DNA from: Nitrospirales bacterium | GTDB lineage: Bacteria; Nitrospirota; Nitrospiria; Nitrospirales; UBA8639 | Assembly (NCBI GenBank): GCA_965203295.1 | Contig: CBDBCZ010000019.1 | Location: 2,720,001-2,784,000, forward strand | Length of the DNA stretch: 64,000 nt | Direction: 5' to 3' | The notes under the pieces: generated by a model | What the model saw: only the letters and a program-made list of their open reading frames with translations | What the model was told of the DNA's origin: nothing | Databases searched by the model: none | Shown here: piece by piece, positions 23,815 to 36,542 of the stretch | Position numbering within the stretch: the stretch's first letter is position 1 | How the letters are laid out: each line of letters starts with the position of its first letter | Program-made: the position numbers and the translations under genes

Positions 23815-24189
23815 TAAGTTCAATTACAGCAAGAGCTCACTGAATTTGGAATGTCCACTATCGATGAACTGAGGGGCTTCATTGAAGGAATGAGAAAAAT
23901 AAACCTGCCTACTTACGGAATCAAATAAGCGGCTTTTCGCTACAAAACGCGTCAAGAGTATTGTAGCAGATTACCCCATTTCGCCCATTCATGTGTATCA
24001 ATAGGGCAAACAAATATTGCGATTCAGAAAGGGAGAGGCAATCCGTTGTTCCGAATATTTTCTGGCCTTGTTTTTGCTCAATTTTGAAATTAGAAGTCGG
24101 TCTTGTGGATTAAACTGGTTTCTCGACGGATAGCGGCTAAGAGAAAAAAATTTGAACATGGGATAGAAAATTCACGCATGAAAAGGTGA

Positions 24190-24405
24190 GAAGACAAAAC
24201 GCAAGCCCCATATTTAAGAGACTTAACCGACGAATTCCTTTATCCAACCCGAGCACCACGGAAATCGTGGCGAAAGACGTAATCACAACAATTAACAGGA
24301 CCTGCACCGTCACATTCTGCGTGACTCCGAACATATGGCCGAGTCCCGCATTGATCTGTTGGAATCCAAGTCCCAGTGAGGTGGCCAACCCAAACAGCGT
24401 GAGTT
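24190..24405 (-). pseudogene. Internal fragment of BCCT-family transporter
   Basis: TLFGLATSLGLG..QINAGL...SVVLGLDKGIRRLS.LNM.LA; no start or end of the gene. Confidence 0.75.
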
Positions 24406-24659
24406 GCTTTTCATATTGCTCGTTGGACATTTCCTGTTTCAGACAACGAAGCAAGACCGGGGCCATTCATTCTTCGTTTTCTTTTCCTGAATCCCGCTCA
24501 TTTCTCTTCTCATTTATGCCTGATGTTCACATTTGGGACCAGACCGCATTCAAAGGTTGTAGCTTTTTGCCACTGTTGTTTGATCCAATTACTTGCTGGA
24601 GTATATTCTTTTCTTGAATATTAAATATGCAGATGAATCTTTCCTTTGAAAGCATTTCA

Positions 24660-24675
24660 TGGCATCGTGTTTGCT
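24660..24675 (+). promoter_or_regulatory. Sigma-54 promoter
   Basis: TGGCATCGTGTTTGCT upstream of USP at 24703. Confidence 0.75.
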
Positions 24676-24702
24676 GATCTGCTACACGGAAGGAGAAAGA
24701 CC

Positions 24703-25227
24703 ATGAATGCTTTGGGATTTAAAAAAATCTTAGCTCCAGTTGATTTTTCATTTTGTTCACGAGAATCTTTTCGCACGGCCCTGTTACTGGCCAAGACTTT
24801 TGAGGCAGAAATTTTGTTGATTCATGTCATTGATACCAAGGCGTTAGGCGCGATGAATGCGTTGGGACTTGCTCTCCCGTCAGAGGAGAAAACTCAAAAG
24901 AAAAAACTCCGTCACCATGTACGGCTTGAAACCCGGAATCTCCTTCAAATGAACGAGGCCAAGGGTCTCCAGATCACGAGACTTCTCAGCGAAGGCAAAC
25001 CATTCGTTGAAATTGTCCGGACGAGCCGGATGGAGCACGTAGATCTAATCGTCATGGGAAGCTATGGGGGACAAACTGGAGATGTTGAACGAATTTTTTT
25101 CGGAAGTACCGCGGAACAGGTGGTGCGAACGGCTAATTGCCCAGTTCTCTGCGTTCCTTTCCCGCACAAAATATTTACCAAAGGGGCCGGCCAAGAGAGC
25201 CTGAAGCGTCGCCCAAAACGAAAATAA
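24703..25227 (+). CDS. Universal stress protein
   Basis: KKILAPVDFS, DLIVMGSYG, FGSTAEQVVRTANCPVLCVP; RBS AGGAG. Confidence 0.9.
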   Translation: MNALGFKKILAPVDFSFCSRESFRTALLLAKTFEAEILLIHVIDTKALGAMNALGLALPSEEKTQKKKLRHHVRLETRNLLQMNEAKGLQITRLLSEGKPFVEIVRTSRMEHVDLIVMGSYGGQTGDVERIFFGSTAEQVVRTANCPVLCVPFPHKIFTKGAGQESLKRRPKRK

Positions 25228-25362
25228 AGCCAGAGCAAAATACCAGTTATTTTCATAAGATGCTTCTTTCTCTTCCAACGCGGGGATCGAGTCAATTAGG
25301 CGAGAAAGCTCCCTCACGCGCCCATGCTGTGATTAGTCTTTTTTCCGCATAAGACGATCGTA

Positions 25363-26592
25363 TTGGAAATCTTCCTTGAACTATTAACGCTCCTAGTACT
25401 GACCTGACTGTTCAGCGAAGGCGCCAAACGCTTGGGACAACCAGGGTCCGTTGGTGAGCTGACCGCGGGAATCGCCCTTGCCTTCGCAGCCAGTCTTTTT
25501 GGAACAATCCTTCCCTTCCTCACACAGTTGGCAAGCAGTCAAGCCCTACATGATGTTGCCCAACTTGGGATATTCTTCCTTGTCCTGTTGGCCGGGGTCG
25601 AATCTCAACCTGATGAGCTTCGACAACATTCGGGCAGCACGTTCTTTGTGGCGATAGGCGGCGCCATCGTCCCCCTGACCCTTGGGTTCGGGTTAGCTTG
25701 GGCATTTCTTCCAACCTCGGAGTTCAAGACGGTTCAGGCCCTTTTGGTTGGGATCGCCATGTCGATCACTTCCATTCCGGCTACCATCAAAGTCTTATCT
25801 GAATTCAATTTGCTGCATTCGAGATTGGGGCAAACGATTGTCGGGGCTGCCATCTTTGATGATGTGTTGGGATTGTTCCTGCTGGCCATTTTGACCTCCA
25901 TGATGCAATCTGGAAACACACCTTCATTGCTCTCTTTCGCATTTCTCTTTGGAAAAGTCGCTCTGTACTTCGCCATTACAATCAGTCTTGGCGTCCACCT
26001 TTACCCCAAAGTCAGTCGCAGCCTCAAAGCCTTGCAATCTGCCGCTTTGGAATTCAGCGTCCTGATGGGAGTCGCCCTAGCCTATGGTCTATTGGCTGAG
26101 GCCTTGGGTATGCATTGGATCCTTGGAGCATTTCTTGCCGGACTCTTTTTTGAATCCTCTCGAGTGGGAATGAAAGCCTACCAGGAAATCAAGCTGATCG
26201 TGACGGGAATCACCAGAGGATTTCTGGGATCTTTGTTTTTCGTATCCATTGGGCTACACGTCCAGTTTGGAGCCGTAACCTCCATACCCTTATTCATGGG
26301 CCTCCTGATTCTTGTCGCCTTTTGTGGCAAGCTGATGGGATCAGGGCTTCCAGCTATGTGGTCGGGGTTAAGCAGCCGAGAGGGCATGGCGGTAGGTGTT
26401 GGAATGAGTAGCCGTGGGGCAGTGGAGCTCATTGTCCTCAGCATTGCCCTCGAGGCTGGTCTTTTTGCCCATGACGGACAAGAGAATCCGTTTGTTGCTC
26501 ATCTCTTTTCAGCGCTCGTGTTCATGGGGGTCGCCACAACGTTTGGTTCGCTTGTTCTCCTGCGACGAATTCTTCCAAAATCCACAACCTGA
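25363..26592 (+). pseudogene. Cation:proton antiporter (CPA2) with early nonsense codon
   Basis: GQP..VGEL.AG, GAAIFDD, LGAFLAG, FFVSIG, GM..RG; in-frame TGA at 25405-25407. Confidence 0.8.
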
Positions 26593-26607
26593 AAACTTCA
26601 CACACTC

Positions 26608-27465
26608 ATGCCCCCGCCTTCCTTAAGGACCAACCGTCTTCGTGAAGTACGATTTGTACTGTGGTCCGTGCTCGCCTGTAATCTTGTCGTGGCTCTGGCC
26701 AAACTGAGCTATGGCCTTATGACTGAGGCCCTGGCGATGCAGGCTGATGGATTTCATTCCCTATTCGATGGGGTGTCGAATGTGGTGGGCCTCACCGGCC
26801 TTTGGCTGGCTGCCGCACCTCCTGACTATCATCATCCCTATGGTCACAAGAAGTTCGAAACGCTTGCGGCAGTAAGAATCGGGGGCATGCTGGTCACGAC
26901 GTGCCTGTATCTCATTTGGAGAAGTTACCTATCGTGGGCAGGCACAACGAGTCCTACCGTCACAGGAATAAGCTTTGGGGTCATGGTGATGACCATGGCC
27001 ATCAACTGATGACCATGGCCATCAACTATGGAATCACAAAGCAGTGAAATCCTCATTTTGACCTCTCTCTCGGTCCTGCTTGGCTTGATGGTGATGAAGC
27101 TCGGGTACCCGCAAATCGACCCCATCATTACCCTCATAGTGGCTGGAGTGATCGCATGGACCGCATTCAGCATTTTTCGGGAGGCTGTTTCATCCTTCAC
27201 CGATACCGTCCGTCTCGATCCTGAGGAGGTTCGTGCCGTCATCCTGGAAACGTCCGGTGTGGTAGAAGGTCATAACATTCGAACGCGGGGACTTCCTCAT
27301 CATATATTCATGGACCTGTCGATTCATGTGCAACCGGACTTGTCCATCGAAGCGGCTCATGCCATTGCTCATCGTGTGGAAGAATCCTTAAAGAACCACT
27401 TTCCCAATATTGAGGATATTGTGGTTCACATTGAACCAGCAGGGCATAAGGAGGATTTGAAATAA
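26608..27465 (+). pseudogene. Cation diffusion facilitator (FieF-like), disrupted
   Basis: ADGFHSLFD, HPYGHKKFE, C-terminal AH.IAH.VE..VVHIEP; 20-bp duplication with stop at ~27007. Confidence 0.85.
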
Positions 27466-27484
27466 ATCTATGAGGCAATAGCTT

Positions 27485-29480
27485 TTAGGCTATGAACGAG
27501 GAGCCTGACTGATAAATCGGCAAGGAGACATGAAGGGTCGCCCCTTTTTCAGGCTCGCTCTCAACCCAAATAGACCCTTCATGTTCCTGAATGATGCCGT
27601 GCGCCACCGTGAGACCAAGACCCGTGCCTTCACCAACAGGCTTTGTTGTGAAGAAGGGGGTAAAGAGTTTAGGAATGTTCTCCGGCGGGATTCCACATCC
27701 AGTATCGGACACCGAGAGTGTGACCGCGTGAGTTCCTGATGCGAGGCCTACTCCAAGAGTTCCACCATTGGGCATCGCTTGAATGGCATTGAACACGAGG
27801 TTGAGGAACACCTGTCCCATTTGATCTCGGTCGGCAAAGACGTTTGGGATACGAGTGCTCATGGCCGTCTCCAGCTTAATATGACGACGGTCGATTCGCT
27901 CACGTACGACATCAAGGATGTCATGCACGACACTCGTTAAATCTAGAGATCGGCGCTCAAGAGGACGACGTCGGGCAAAACTTAATAATTGGTTCATGAT
28001 TTTTGTGATACGCTCGACTTGCGCCACAATTGTGGCCAACCATTTTTGGGTTGTCGCTTCCGAAGTTTTTCGCATGAGGAATTCAGCACGCCCTAGAATG
28101 ACATTCATTGGTGTCCCGATTTCATGAGCCATTCCGGCTGCCAGTGTCCCAAGTTCCGCTAAGCGCTCAGTTTGTCGGAGCTGGGATTCCATTTGTATTC
28201 GTTCAGTCATATCCCTAAACGTGACCACAGTCCCCATCATCTTCCCGTTTTCAACGATAGGATTGCAGGTGTACTCGACAGGAAAATTCGATCCATCCTT
28301 TCGCCAAAACACCTCATCCTCTACGTGGTGAAACTGGCCATCTTGAAAAGATGCATAGATGGGGCATTCTTCTGGCGGGTAAGGGGTGCCATCTGACAGG
28401 GGTGCCATCTGACTTGGTATGATGGATAAGGTCGTGTTGAGAGCGACCGATCAACTCTTGGGAATTCCATCCAAGCATTCGCGCGCCTGCAGGATTGACA
28501 AACGTTGTATTCCCCTGCAAATCAAGGCCATAAATTCCTTCACCAGCCGAATCCAACAATAGTTCATTCTGCCTGACTAAGTTACGGAGTTCCTCTTCGG
28601 CACGTTTTCTCTCGGTAATGTCCAGAACGATCGCAATAAAGAATTTGGAACTTTCCAATGTGGAAATTTGGAGATGAACTTCGACCGGATACAACGAGCC
28701 ATCCTTACGGCGGTGAACCGTTGTATATTCAAGCTTTTCCTTATTCTTCGTCTGTAAAGGTTGGATGAGTCGTGCAAACGATTCCGGTGAATACTCCGTC
28801 TGTAAGTGGAGAGGGGTTAACTGTCGGAGGTCATCCATGGTATACCCGAGATTTTCTCGGGCTCCTCGGTTGACTTGAATAAACCGTAACGTATCCGATT
28901 CATAAAAATAGATCTCGTTAATCGATTCTTCCAACACTTTGGCAAAACGCGCGATTTTTTCTTCCGCCAATTTTCGGTCTGTGATATCCCGAAGAATAAC
29001 CGTAAATAATTTTTTCCCTTCTACCTCAACTTTGGAGATGGCAGCTTCAATAGGGAATTTTTCGCCTGTACTCCGGAGTCCATAAATCATCCCTAATGCC
29101 CCCATCAGACGATTTGTCACATCGTTTTCTCCAAAGGTTTGGATGTGGGAATGGTGCCCGTCACGAAAACGGTCTGGGATCAAATGCTCGAGACTTTGGC
29201 CGATGACTTGACGGGAGGAATAGCCGAACATGTTTTCCGCTGCAGCATTAAACAGGATAACCTGTTGGTCTTCATCAACAGTAATAATGGCATCCATGGC
29301 TGAATAAATGATTACCGCCAACTGAAGTTCAATGGCTTGTAACCCTGCTTGGGTTTGCTGATGCATGGCTTCAACGGAGCGGAGTTCCGCAATTTCACTG
29401 CGCAGCCTTTCAAGCTCTTTGGCGAGTTGCTCTTTGGGGAGTTTTTGATTCATTTCAGAATGGCGCCCTTCACGAAACAC
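27485..29480 (-). pseudogene. Multi-PAS sensor histidine kinase, frameshifted
   Basis: Three PAS/PAC domains, MAHEIGTP, HATPase; 16-bp duplication at 28382-28413 shifts frame. Confidence 0.85.
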
Positions 29481-29485
29481 CTGTG

Positions 29486-30855
29486 TCAGGTTTTCTCCTT
29501 TTCCATTTCTCCCAACTTTCTGTAGAGAGTCTTTCGGTCAATGCCGAGAACCTGGGCTGCCTGGTACTTATTTCCACCATTCTTCTCAAGAATACGACGG
29601 ATGTAAATCCCCTCCAATTCTTCGAGTGAGAGCAGACGTTCAACTGTTTTCTCGATGACTTGTCGTTCCCCGGATGTCTCTCGAATCACAGGGGGTAAAT
29701 CTTCCAGAATAATCTTGTCACTCCGGGCAAGCGTCACCGCACGTTCAACGACATTCTCCAATTCCCGTACATTTCCAGGCCATGAATAGTCCATTAACAG
29801 CCCCAGAGCTGATTCGCTTTCCTGTTCATGGGTTTATCTCTTAACGCGGCGCACCTCTGAAGCAACATGTTGGTCAACAACGGAATGTCCTCCTTCCGTT
29901 CCCGCAGCGGTGGAAGTCGGATCTCAATCACATTCAATCGATAAAAGAGGTCTTCTCTAAACCGTTTGACCTTCACCTCTTCAGCTAATTGAATATTCGT
30001 GGCCGCAATAATGCGAGCATCAACCGGGATGGAACGCGTCGCTCCTACACGGCGTATCTCCCGTTCCTGGACAGCCCTGAGCAATTTGGCTTGTAGCATC
30101 ATGGGCATTTCACTAATTTCATCGAGAAACAACGTTCCCTTTTGGGCTTCCTCAAACAGGCCTCTCTTGTCATTCTTCGCATCAGTAAATGAGCCTTTGA
30201 CATGTCCAAATAACTCACTTTCCAAGAGTTGTTCCGGAATGGCCGCACAATTCACTGCGACAAAAGGGGCCTCCCGACGACCACTATTGAAATGGATTGC
30301 CTTTGCGACGCGTTCTTTACCGGTCCCACTTTCTCCTGTGATCAGTATATTCGTTTGAGAATCTGCGACCCGACGAATGAGATCGAATACTTCCCGCATC
30401 GGTTTGCTCTTCCCTAAAATCTGATCGAACGCATACTCCTGGTGAACCTACTGACGCAGCAGGGCCACCTCCTGACGGAGGAGCGCTTCTCGCATCACCT
30501 TCTCAACGGTGAGGAGTAATTCATCGGTTTTAATGGGTTTTGTGAGGTAATCAAAAGCCCCTTGCTTCATGGCTTCAACCGCCGTTTCCACAGTACCAAA
30601 GGCTACCATAATAATGACATTGCACCTCGGGAATTGTTGAACGACTTCATGGAGCAACTCCATTCCTTGGATACCCTTCATTCGAAGATCGGTGAGAACC
30701 ACCAACGCTTCATTGCTACTCAGTTGTTCGAGCGCTTCTTTCCCTTCCTGAGCGAACGTCACCGCATAGCCGTGTTCCTCCAGTATATCCTTTAGGAGAG
30801 TTCTCATCTCGACTTCGTCATCAACAACCAAAATGGACTTAGCATTCTGTTCCAT
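29486..30855 (-). pseudogene. NtrC/AtoC-type sigma-54 response regulator, disrupted
   Basis: Receiver, [31 protein letters not shown], Fis HTH; in-frame TAG 30448-30450, frameshift ~29820. Confidence 0.88.
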
Positions 30856-30872
30856 GAATCATTTCTCCTTCA

Positions 30873-31174
30873 GGGACTGTTGAAAAAGGCCGCCAGCGGC
30901 GTTCTCGGCCCGTTGTCGTGCTCACGTACTCCGTGTACGCTCCGCTCGCCACCGATCCTGCGGCCTTGCACGCCGAGTGTCGTTTCTCATTCGGCGTAGG
31001 GGATGCTCGAAGGGGGTGTGCCCCCTTCGAGGGGCCACAGGCCCAAGATTCTTGGGCCGTCCTAGGGGCAGAGCCCCTGGGAAAGCAAGGAGAGAGGCTT
31101 TGCGATTCTCCTTGCTGGACCTGGCTCCGCCGAAAGCGGCTTCGCACAGGCGAGCGCCCTTTTTGAACAGCCCC
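30873..31174. mobile_element. MITE/REP-like intergenic element with terminal inverted repeats
   Basis: Left GGGACTGTTGAAAAAGG vs reverse complement of right end GGGGCTGTTCAAAAAGG; GC-rich interior with hairpins. Confidence 0.7.
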
Positions 31175-31420
31175 CGCTCCTTCTGCCGCTTTAGGGTTTG
31201 TGTCCAGGGTAGCCTGCTATCGAGAAATTCTTGAATGATTCAACACCCTCGCTTCAGCTATTCTTTTGCATACCTAAAATTGGGTAATTTTGCCACAGCA
31301 TCTATTTTACATAATGTCGCAAAAGACCTCATTATAAATTTTAGTGTCTTATTCAACATTGTTCTTTATGTTATACAGAGGACACGAGATTCTCATCCCT
31401 ACAGACTTGAGTAAGAGAAA

Positions 31421-31436
31421 TGGCATTCCCCTTGCT
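31421..31436 (+). promoter_or_regulatory. Sigma-54 promoter
   Basis: TGGCATTCCCCTTGCT upstream of USP-LOG-betaCASP operon. Confidence 0.75.
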
Positions 31437-31489
31437 CTTTTAACACATATTCATTAGGAGAAAGTTTCATAAACTTTCTAAAAAGGAAA

Positions 31490-32356
31490 GTGACCATGCG
31501 AGTTCTTTTGGCAATAGATGGGTCGCCTCAATCCATACAGGCTGTAGAAAGTCTTGCACATTTCGGGCCTCTTGAAGAAGTCACGCTCGTCCATGCCACC
31601 ACCCTTCCCGACTTAGACCATCCCATGATCTCTCCGGAGACCCGTGACAGCGTGATCAAGGAAGTGGAAGAACAATTACGGAAAGAGGGGGAAGCGATTC
31701 TGGACCGAGCCGCCGCTGCCCTTCCTCTCTCATGCAAAGTGCATCGGATTCACCAGGTCGGCCCACCCTCTGCAGTCATCTTGGAGAGCGCTCAATCCGC
31801 TCATGCCGATCTCATCATCATGGGGGCACGGGGGTTGGGTCCTATTAAGGAACTCGTGTTGGGAAGCGTGACTCACCGTGTTTTGCTCCATGCAGAATGT
31901 TCGACCTTGGTGATGAAATCGTCCATGTCCCCCTTGCGACATATTTTAGTTCCTGTGGAGGGCGATGAAGACACTCAAAAAATCCTTCAATTGCTTTCTG
32001 GCATACCATTCCGAGAGCCCGTCCATATCACAGTCATGACCGTATGGCCTGAACCAAGATTGCCGTGGCCAGTCACCTTGGGTCAAAGCAAACTCTTGGA
32101 AGAACGCGCTGTGGAACATGCTCAGGCCATGGTCGAAGAAGTCGTATCACGCCTCAAAGAGAGAGAGTTCGATGCCTCACCAATCGTTGGCCTTGGGGAT
32201 CCCGCGTTTACCATCCTCGAACAAGCCAGGTCGTTGACGCCTGATCTGATCATGGTGAGTTCCCATGGTCGGAAAGAGGTATCTCGATTTTTATTGGGAA
32301 GCGTATCGCATACATTAGTTCACCAGGCAAGTTGCCCTGTGTTGGTTGTTCGGTAA
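31490..32356 (+). CDS. Two-domain universal stress protein
   Basis: RVLLAIDGS, MGARG..LGSV, SSHGR..LGSVS..CPVLVVR; intact. Confidence 0.9.
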   Translation: MTMRVLLAIDGSPQSIQAVESLAHFGPLEEVTLVHATTLPDLDHPMISPETRDSVIKEVEEQLRKEGEAILDRAAAALPLSCKVHRIHQVGPPSAVILESAQSAHADLIIMGARGLGPIKELVLGSVTHRVLLHAECSTLVMKSSMSPLRHILVPVEGDEDTQKILQLLSGIPFREPVHITVMTVWPEPRLPWPVTLGQSKLLEERAVEHAQAMVEEVVSRLKEREFDASPIVGLGDPAFTILEQARSLTPDLIMVSSHGRKEVSRFLLGSVSHTLVHQASCPVLVVR

Positions 32357-32362
32357 CGTGCC

Positions 32363-33208
32363 ATGACTTTTCCCAAACCTTCAGAACATGACCTTCCCGC
32401 AATGCCCTCGTATAGACGGGCTGATCAAGACCTGGAGTTCCTTTCCCGCGATGAATTACGAGCTTTACGCCTGCAATTAGAATGGTTTAAACCAGAAATC
32501 ATTCAACAAGACGAGGGGATTAGTTCCACCATCGTCGTTTTTGGAAGTGCTCGACTGGTCGAACCTGATCAAGCCCGCACCCAGCTGGCAGCCGAGGAAG
32601 CAGCGTTAAAGACAAGACCGCACGATGTCAAGCAACAACAGCGGGTGAGTATTGCTCGAAACCAGTTGGCGTTGGCTTACTACTATGACGTGGCGCGTGA
32701 GTTGAGTCGAATCGTTTCTTCGACCTGCCAAGTCAATAATCAGTGTGAATATGTCGTTGTGACTGGTGGAGGGCCTGGCCTCATGGAAGCCGCCAACCGG
32801 GGAGCCTTTGACGTAGGCGCCAAATCTGTGGGGCTCAATATCTCTCTCCCTGACGAGCAACGGCCAAACCCGTACATTACACCCGCTCTTTGCTTCCAAT
32901 TTCGATATTTCGCCTTGCGGAAAATGCATTTCCTCTTGCGAGCCAAAGCGTTGGTGGCGTTTCCTGGTGGCTTTGGTACGTTGGATGAACTGTTTGAGAC
33001 ACTCACCCTCTTACAGACAGGCAAGGTGCAGGGGGTCACCGTCGTTCTCGTGGGGCGGGCATTCTGGAATCAATTGATCAATTGGTCTTTACTGATTGAA
33101 TCCGGGCTTATCCGTCAGACAGACCTCAATCTCTTTCATTACGCCGAAACAGCCCAGGAGGCCTGGGACCTTATTTTAGCCAACCATGGAGATGCCCGGG
33201 GATCATGA
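32363..33208 (+). CDS. LOG-family (TIGR00730-like) Rossmann-fold protein
   Basis: VFGSAR, TGGGPGLMEAANRGA, RKMHF, PGGFGTLDE. Confidence 0.88.
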   Translation: MTFPKPSEHDLPAMPSYRRADQDLEFLSRDELRALRLQLEWFKPEIIQQDEGISSTIVVFGSARLVEPDQARTQLAAEEAALKTRPHDVKQQQRVSIARNQLALAYYYDVARELSRIVSSTCQVNNQCEYVVVTGGGPGLMEAANRGAFDVGAKSVGLNISLPDEQRPNPYITPALCFQFRYFALRKMHFLLRAKALVAFPGGFGTLDELFETLTLLQTGKVQGVTVVLVGRAFWNQLINWSLLIESGLIRQTDLNLFHYAETAQEAWDLILANHGDARGS

Positions 33209-34603
33209 AAATTTCCTTCCATGGTGCCGCTCGATCCGTGACAGGCAGTCGGCACCTGATTGAGGCAGGACATTTTCGAGTGCTGCTCGATTGTGGACTC
33301 TTTCAAGGTCGGCGAGGACAATCGAATCAACTGAACCGGCGCCTGGGATTTGACCCAAAATCCGTCAACGCATTCCTTCTTTCTCATGCGCATATCGACC
33401 ATTCGGGCGCACTTCCCATTTTGGCCAAAGAGAGGTTCTCCGGGAACGTGTATATGACCAGCGCGAGCGCAGACCTCACGCAGATCATGTTGGAGGACTC
33501 AGCCCGTATTCAGAAAGCAGACACTGTGTACCTGAACAAAAAAGAACGTCGACGTGGACGAGAACGATTGGTTCCTTTTTATGACAGCACGGATGTACGA
33601 ACCATTACCCGACGATTCGAAACTGTACCGTATGGCAAGACCTTTCGGGTTTCTCCTCGGCTGAAGGCTGAATTCAGCGATGCCGGACATATTCTCGGAT
33701 CTTCCTCAATCTGGCTCAAACACACAAACCGGGGAAATTCTGTCTCCGTTCTCTGCACCGGTGATTTGGGGCGGGCGGAAATGCCTATTCTGAAAGACCC
33801 ACAACCTCCGCCAGCCTGTGACGTGCTCATTATTGAGTCCACCTACGGGGACCGTGTGCATGAAGAAGACAGAAAAACCATGAGGGAGAAAGCCAGGGAA
33901 CTTGTGGCCCATGTTCTTGCGCATCGCAGCAAGATTATTGTCCCTGCCTTCGCGGTCGGTCGAACGCAAGACCTGGTCATGCGAATTAAAGAACTGGTCA
34001 AAGAAGGGCAGATCGATCCCCTCCCCATTTTCATCGATTCTCCTTTGGCCTCAAAAGCCACAGAGATTTTTAGGCGGCACCCTGAATGTTTCGATAGCGA
34101 GACCTATCAAACCTTCATGAATCAGGGAGATCCCTTTGCCGCTAAATATATTCGATATGTTTCCTCCATCAAAGAAAGCCAAACCCTCAACATGATGAGA
34201 GGCCCTTGCGTGATTATCGCGGCCTCCGGGATGTGCGAGGGGGGGGCGTGTGCTTCACCATCTCAAGCATGCCATTCAGGATGAAACGAACATCATCGCG
34301 CTCGTCGGCTTCCAAGCTGAACATACGTTGGGATGCAAACTGATCGAAGAGTGGAAAACGGTACCCATTTTCGGAAGGCCAACCCCCCGGCGTGCAAGAA
34401 TTGTTCGATTCAACGGCTTATCCGCCCATACCGACCGAAACGATCTCCTCGCCTACGTTCGTTCCATCAATCCAACCTCGGGCAAAGTTTTTGTGGTCCA
34501 TGGAGAGGAACGGCAATCATTCTCATTAGCGTCCGCAATTCAGGCTGACTTTCCCGGGATAGACGTCGTGGTACCAGAGTCCAGGTCAACCCATGAATTC
34601 TGA
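33205..34603 (+). pseudogene. Beta-CASP MBL-fold ribonuclease, frameshifted at a G-run
   Basis: HGAARSVTGS, SHAHIDHSG, AGHILGS, ESTYG, ASGMCEGG, LSAHTD, VHGE; frameshift at G-run ~34239-34247. Confidence 0.85.
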
Positions 34604-34613
34604 AATAACTGGC

Positions 34614-35000
34614 TAGCAGGATGTTGAAAAAGTCCACCAGCCTACGCTTAGGCTATGGCTGATAATACCAGCGGCGTTCCCTGCCTTCGCCGTAGGAGGC
34701 TCGACGCGGGGGCAGGAATCTATCTTTTCCACCCCAGAAGCAGGAAAAGCAAGATAGATCCCTGCTAAAGGTTTAAAAATAAATCTGTCCCCTTTTTTTG
34801 TTCCGCTTTGCGCGTGGCTGAGTCCCAACACCGAATCGACTATTCGGCGAGGACTGTCTGAGCGGAGCGAGTTCCGCAGCCATGTGATTCGGTGCTGTGA
34901 CGAAGGAGACCCCAGGGCTGCGCGCGGGCGGGAATGATTTTGGGTCCTTTTGCCGAAACAAAAGGACCTCGACTGCCGGGGCGAAACCCGGCGAAGCGGA
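34614..35000. repeat. Composite structured intergenic repeat
   Basis: Begins TAGCAGGATGTTGAAAAAGTCCACCAGCC (related to the ends at 30873 and 63053); hairpins GGTCCTTTTG-CCGAAA-CAAAAGGACC and GCCGGG-GCGAAA-CCCGGC. Confidence 0.6.
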
Positions 35001-35264
35001 GCTGTGAACCGGAAACTCGGATCTTTAAACTTTAAACCAGAAACTTCCTTCACCAGACACTGCCTGAAAGATCAGATCCAAGTCTTTACAAATGAGTCTT
35101 CATTCGCATAGGGCTTTACCAGGGACTCATTGTCGTCTTCTGCAACAGCGCGCAAACACCTGAGTGGGGCACCGATCCACATCGATCCACCGAACATTTG
35201 ACGCGCTAGTTCCGAACTCATTGAAATTACTGCCTCCCCAACAAGTAGCCTTGATCTAGTCGAC

Positions 35265-35280
35265 TGGCATGAGCATTGCT
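35265..35280 (+). promoter_or_regulatory. Sigma-54 promoter
   Basis: TGGCATGAGCATTGCT upstream of Hsp20 copy 1. Confidence 0.75.
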
Positions 35281-35359
35281 CTTTCATTCATTCATTTAGT
35301 AGGATGGGAAATTGAGTAAGAGAGATGGGCTGTGAATTCGAAAAAAAGGAGGGTCAATC

Positions 35360-35806
35360 ATGAGCACCTTAACTCGGTGGGAACCCCTCAGAGAATTAGA
35401 TGACCTGCAAAATCGTCTCGCCACGTTATTTGGACGTACCTCAGTTCGGAAAAATGGAGACAAGAAAGAAGCCATGACTGTAGCAGAGTAGGCACCGCTG
35501 GTGGATATTACAGAGGACAAGAACCAATATCTCATCAAAGCTGAAATGCCTGAGATCAAGAAAGAGAACATTAAGGTGTCCGTGCAAGACGATGTCCTCA
35601 CGATCACCGGAGAGCGTCGGTATGAAAAGGAAGAGAAAGACAAGAAGTACCACCGGATGGAGCGAGCGTATGGTAGCTTTGCCCGTAGCTTTACTCTTCC
35701 GGAAGACAGTGACGGAGAGAAAGTCGTCGCAGAATTCAAGGACGGTATTCTGAACATTCACATGCCGAAATCGCAGGCAGCAAAACCGAAGAGCAAAGTA
35801 GCCTAA
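35360..35806 (+). pseudogene. Hsp20 small heat-shock protein, copy 1, nonsense codon
   Basis: Paralog of 37891-38346; TAG at 35489-35491 where the paralog has TGG. Confidence 0.9.
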
Positions 35807-35837
35807 TCGCCGACATCGATGAGAAAAAGAAAGAGTT

Positions 35838-36161
35838 ATGGTTACTCAAATCAAAGAATGGACAGACCAGCGTAAGGAAGCAGAGACGACGTCTCATCAG
35901 TCCTGGGCGAGGGGAATCCCCTTGTTGTTGTCTTGTGTTCCCAGCGCTCCAGCCATCGATGATGCGCGTAAGTTCATAGCCCCGGGACACCGAGATGACG
36001 AAAAACGACACCAGGTGGTGAAATCTGATCGTGGCGTCCTGGCACTGCGATGGAGTGATGTGCGCAACAAGGTTCTTCTCGTCGATATCCTAACCGGTAA
36101 AGTGAAAGCCGAGTGGAGCCCAAGCGGCGGCGACAAGAGCATTAACGTCAAGGCAGCTTGA
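35838..36161 (+). CDS. Hypothetical protein
   Basis: 107-aa ORF co-oriented after hsp20; no motif recognised. Confidence 0.35.
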   Translation: MVTQIKEWTDQRKEAETTSHQSWARGIPLLLSCVPSAPAIDDARKFIAPGHRDDEKRHQVVKSDRGVLALRWSDVRNKVLLVDILTGKVKAEWSPSGGDKSINVKAA

Positions 36162-36542
36162 TCGAGATGTCGAGAGATGATTCGAGCCCAAGCCTCGACC
36201 AAGAACGAACAGGGCAGGGTCCTCTATAAGGAAAGGTACGTGTATCAAGTGCGTCAGTATGAGAGGTTCTGGCGCAAGCGAAGGTATGCCTTCAAGGCAA
36301 CTCAGAGGTCCGTGCAACCCTACAAACCGTGATACACTTCAAATGAAGATGTCACTCGGCATGACGTGAGAGGGAAAATTTTCGACTGAAATGAGACGCG
36401 GATGGATAACCACAGTTCCATTCCAGAGGGAACTGGCGCGAGACAAGTTTTCTTAAGACGGGGTGAACAAGATGCATATCCCTTTCACAATCGATCGACT
36501 TGAGCGATATCAACTTCGTCGCTATCAAAGGGTGAGGACTCG

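Noticed and set aside
30839..31234. ORFs 30839-31147, 30918-31166, 30977-31234 (also 34613-35053)
   Set aside because: They lie within GC-rich repeat elements and have no protein-like features.
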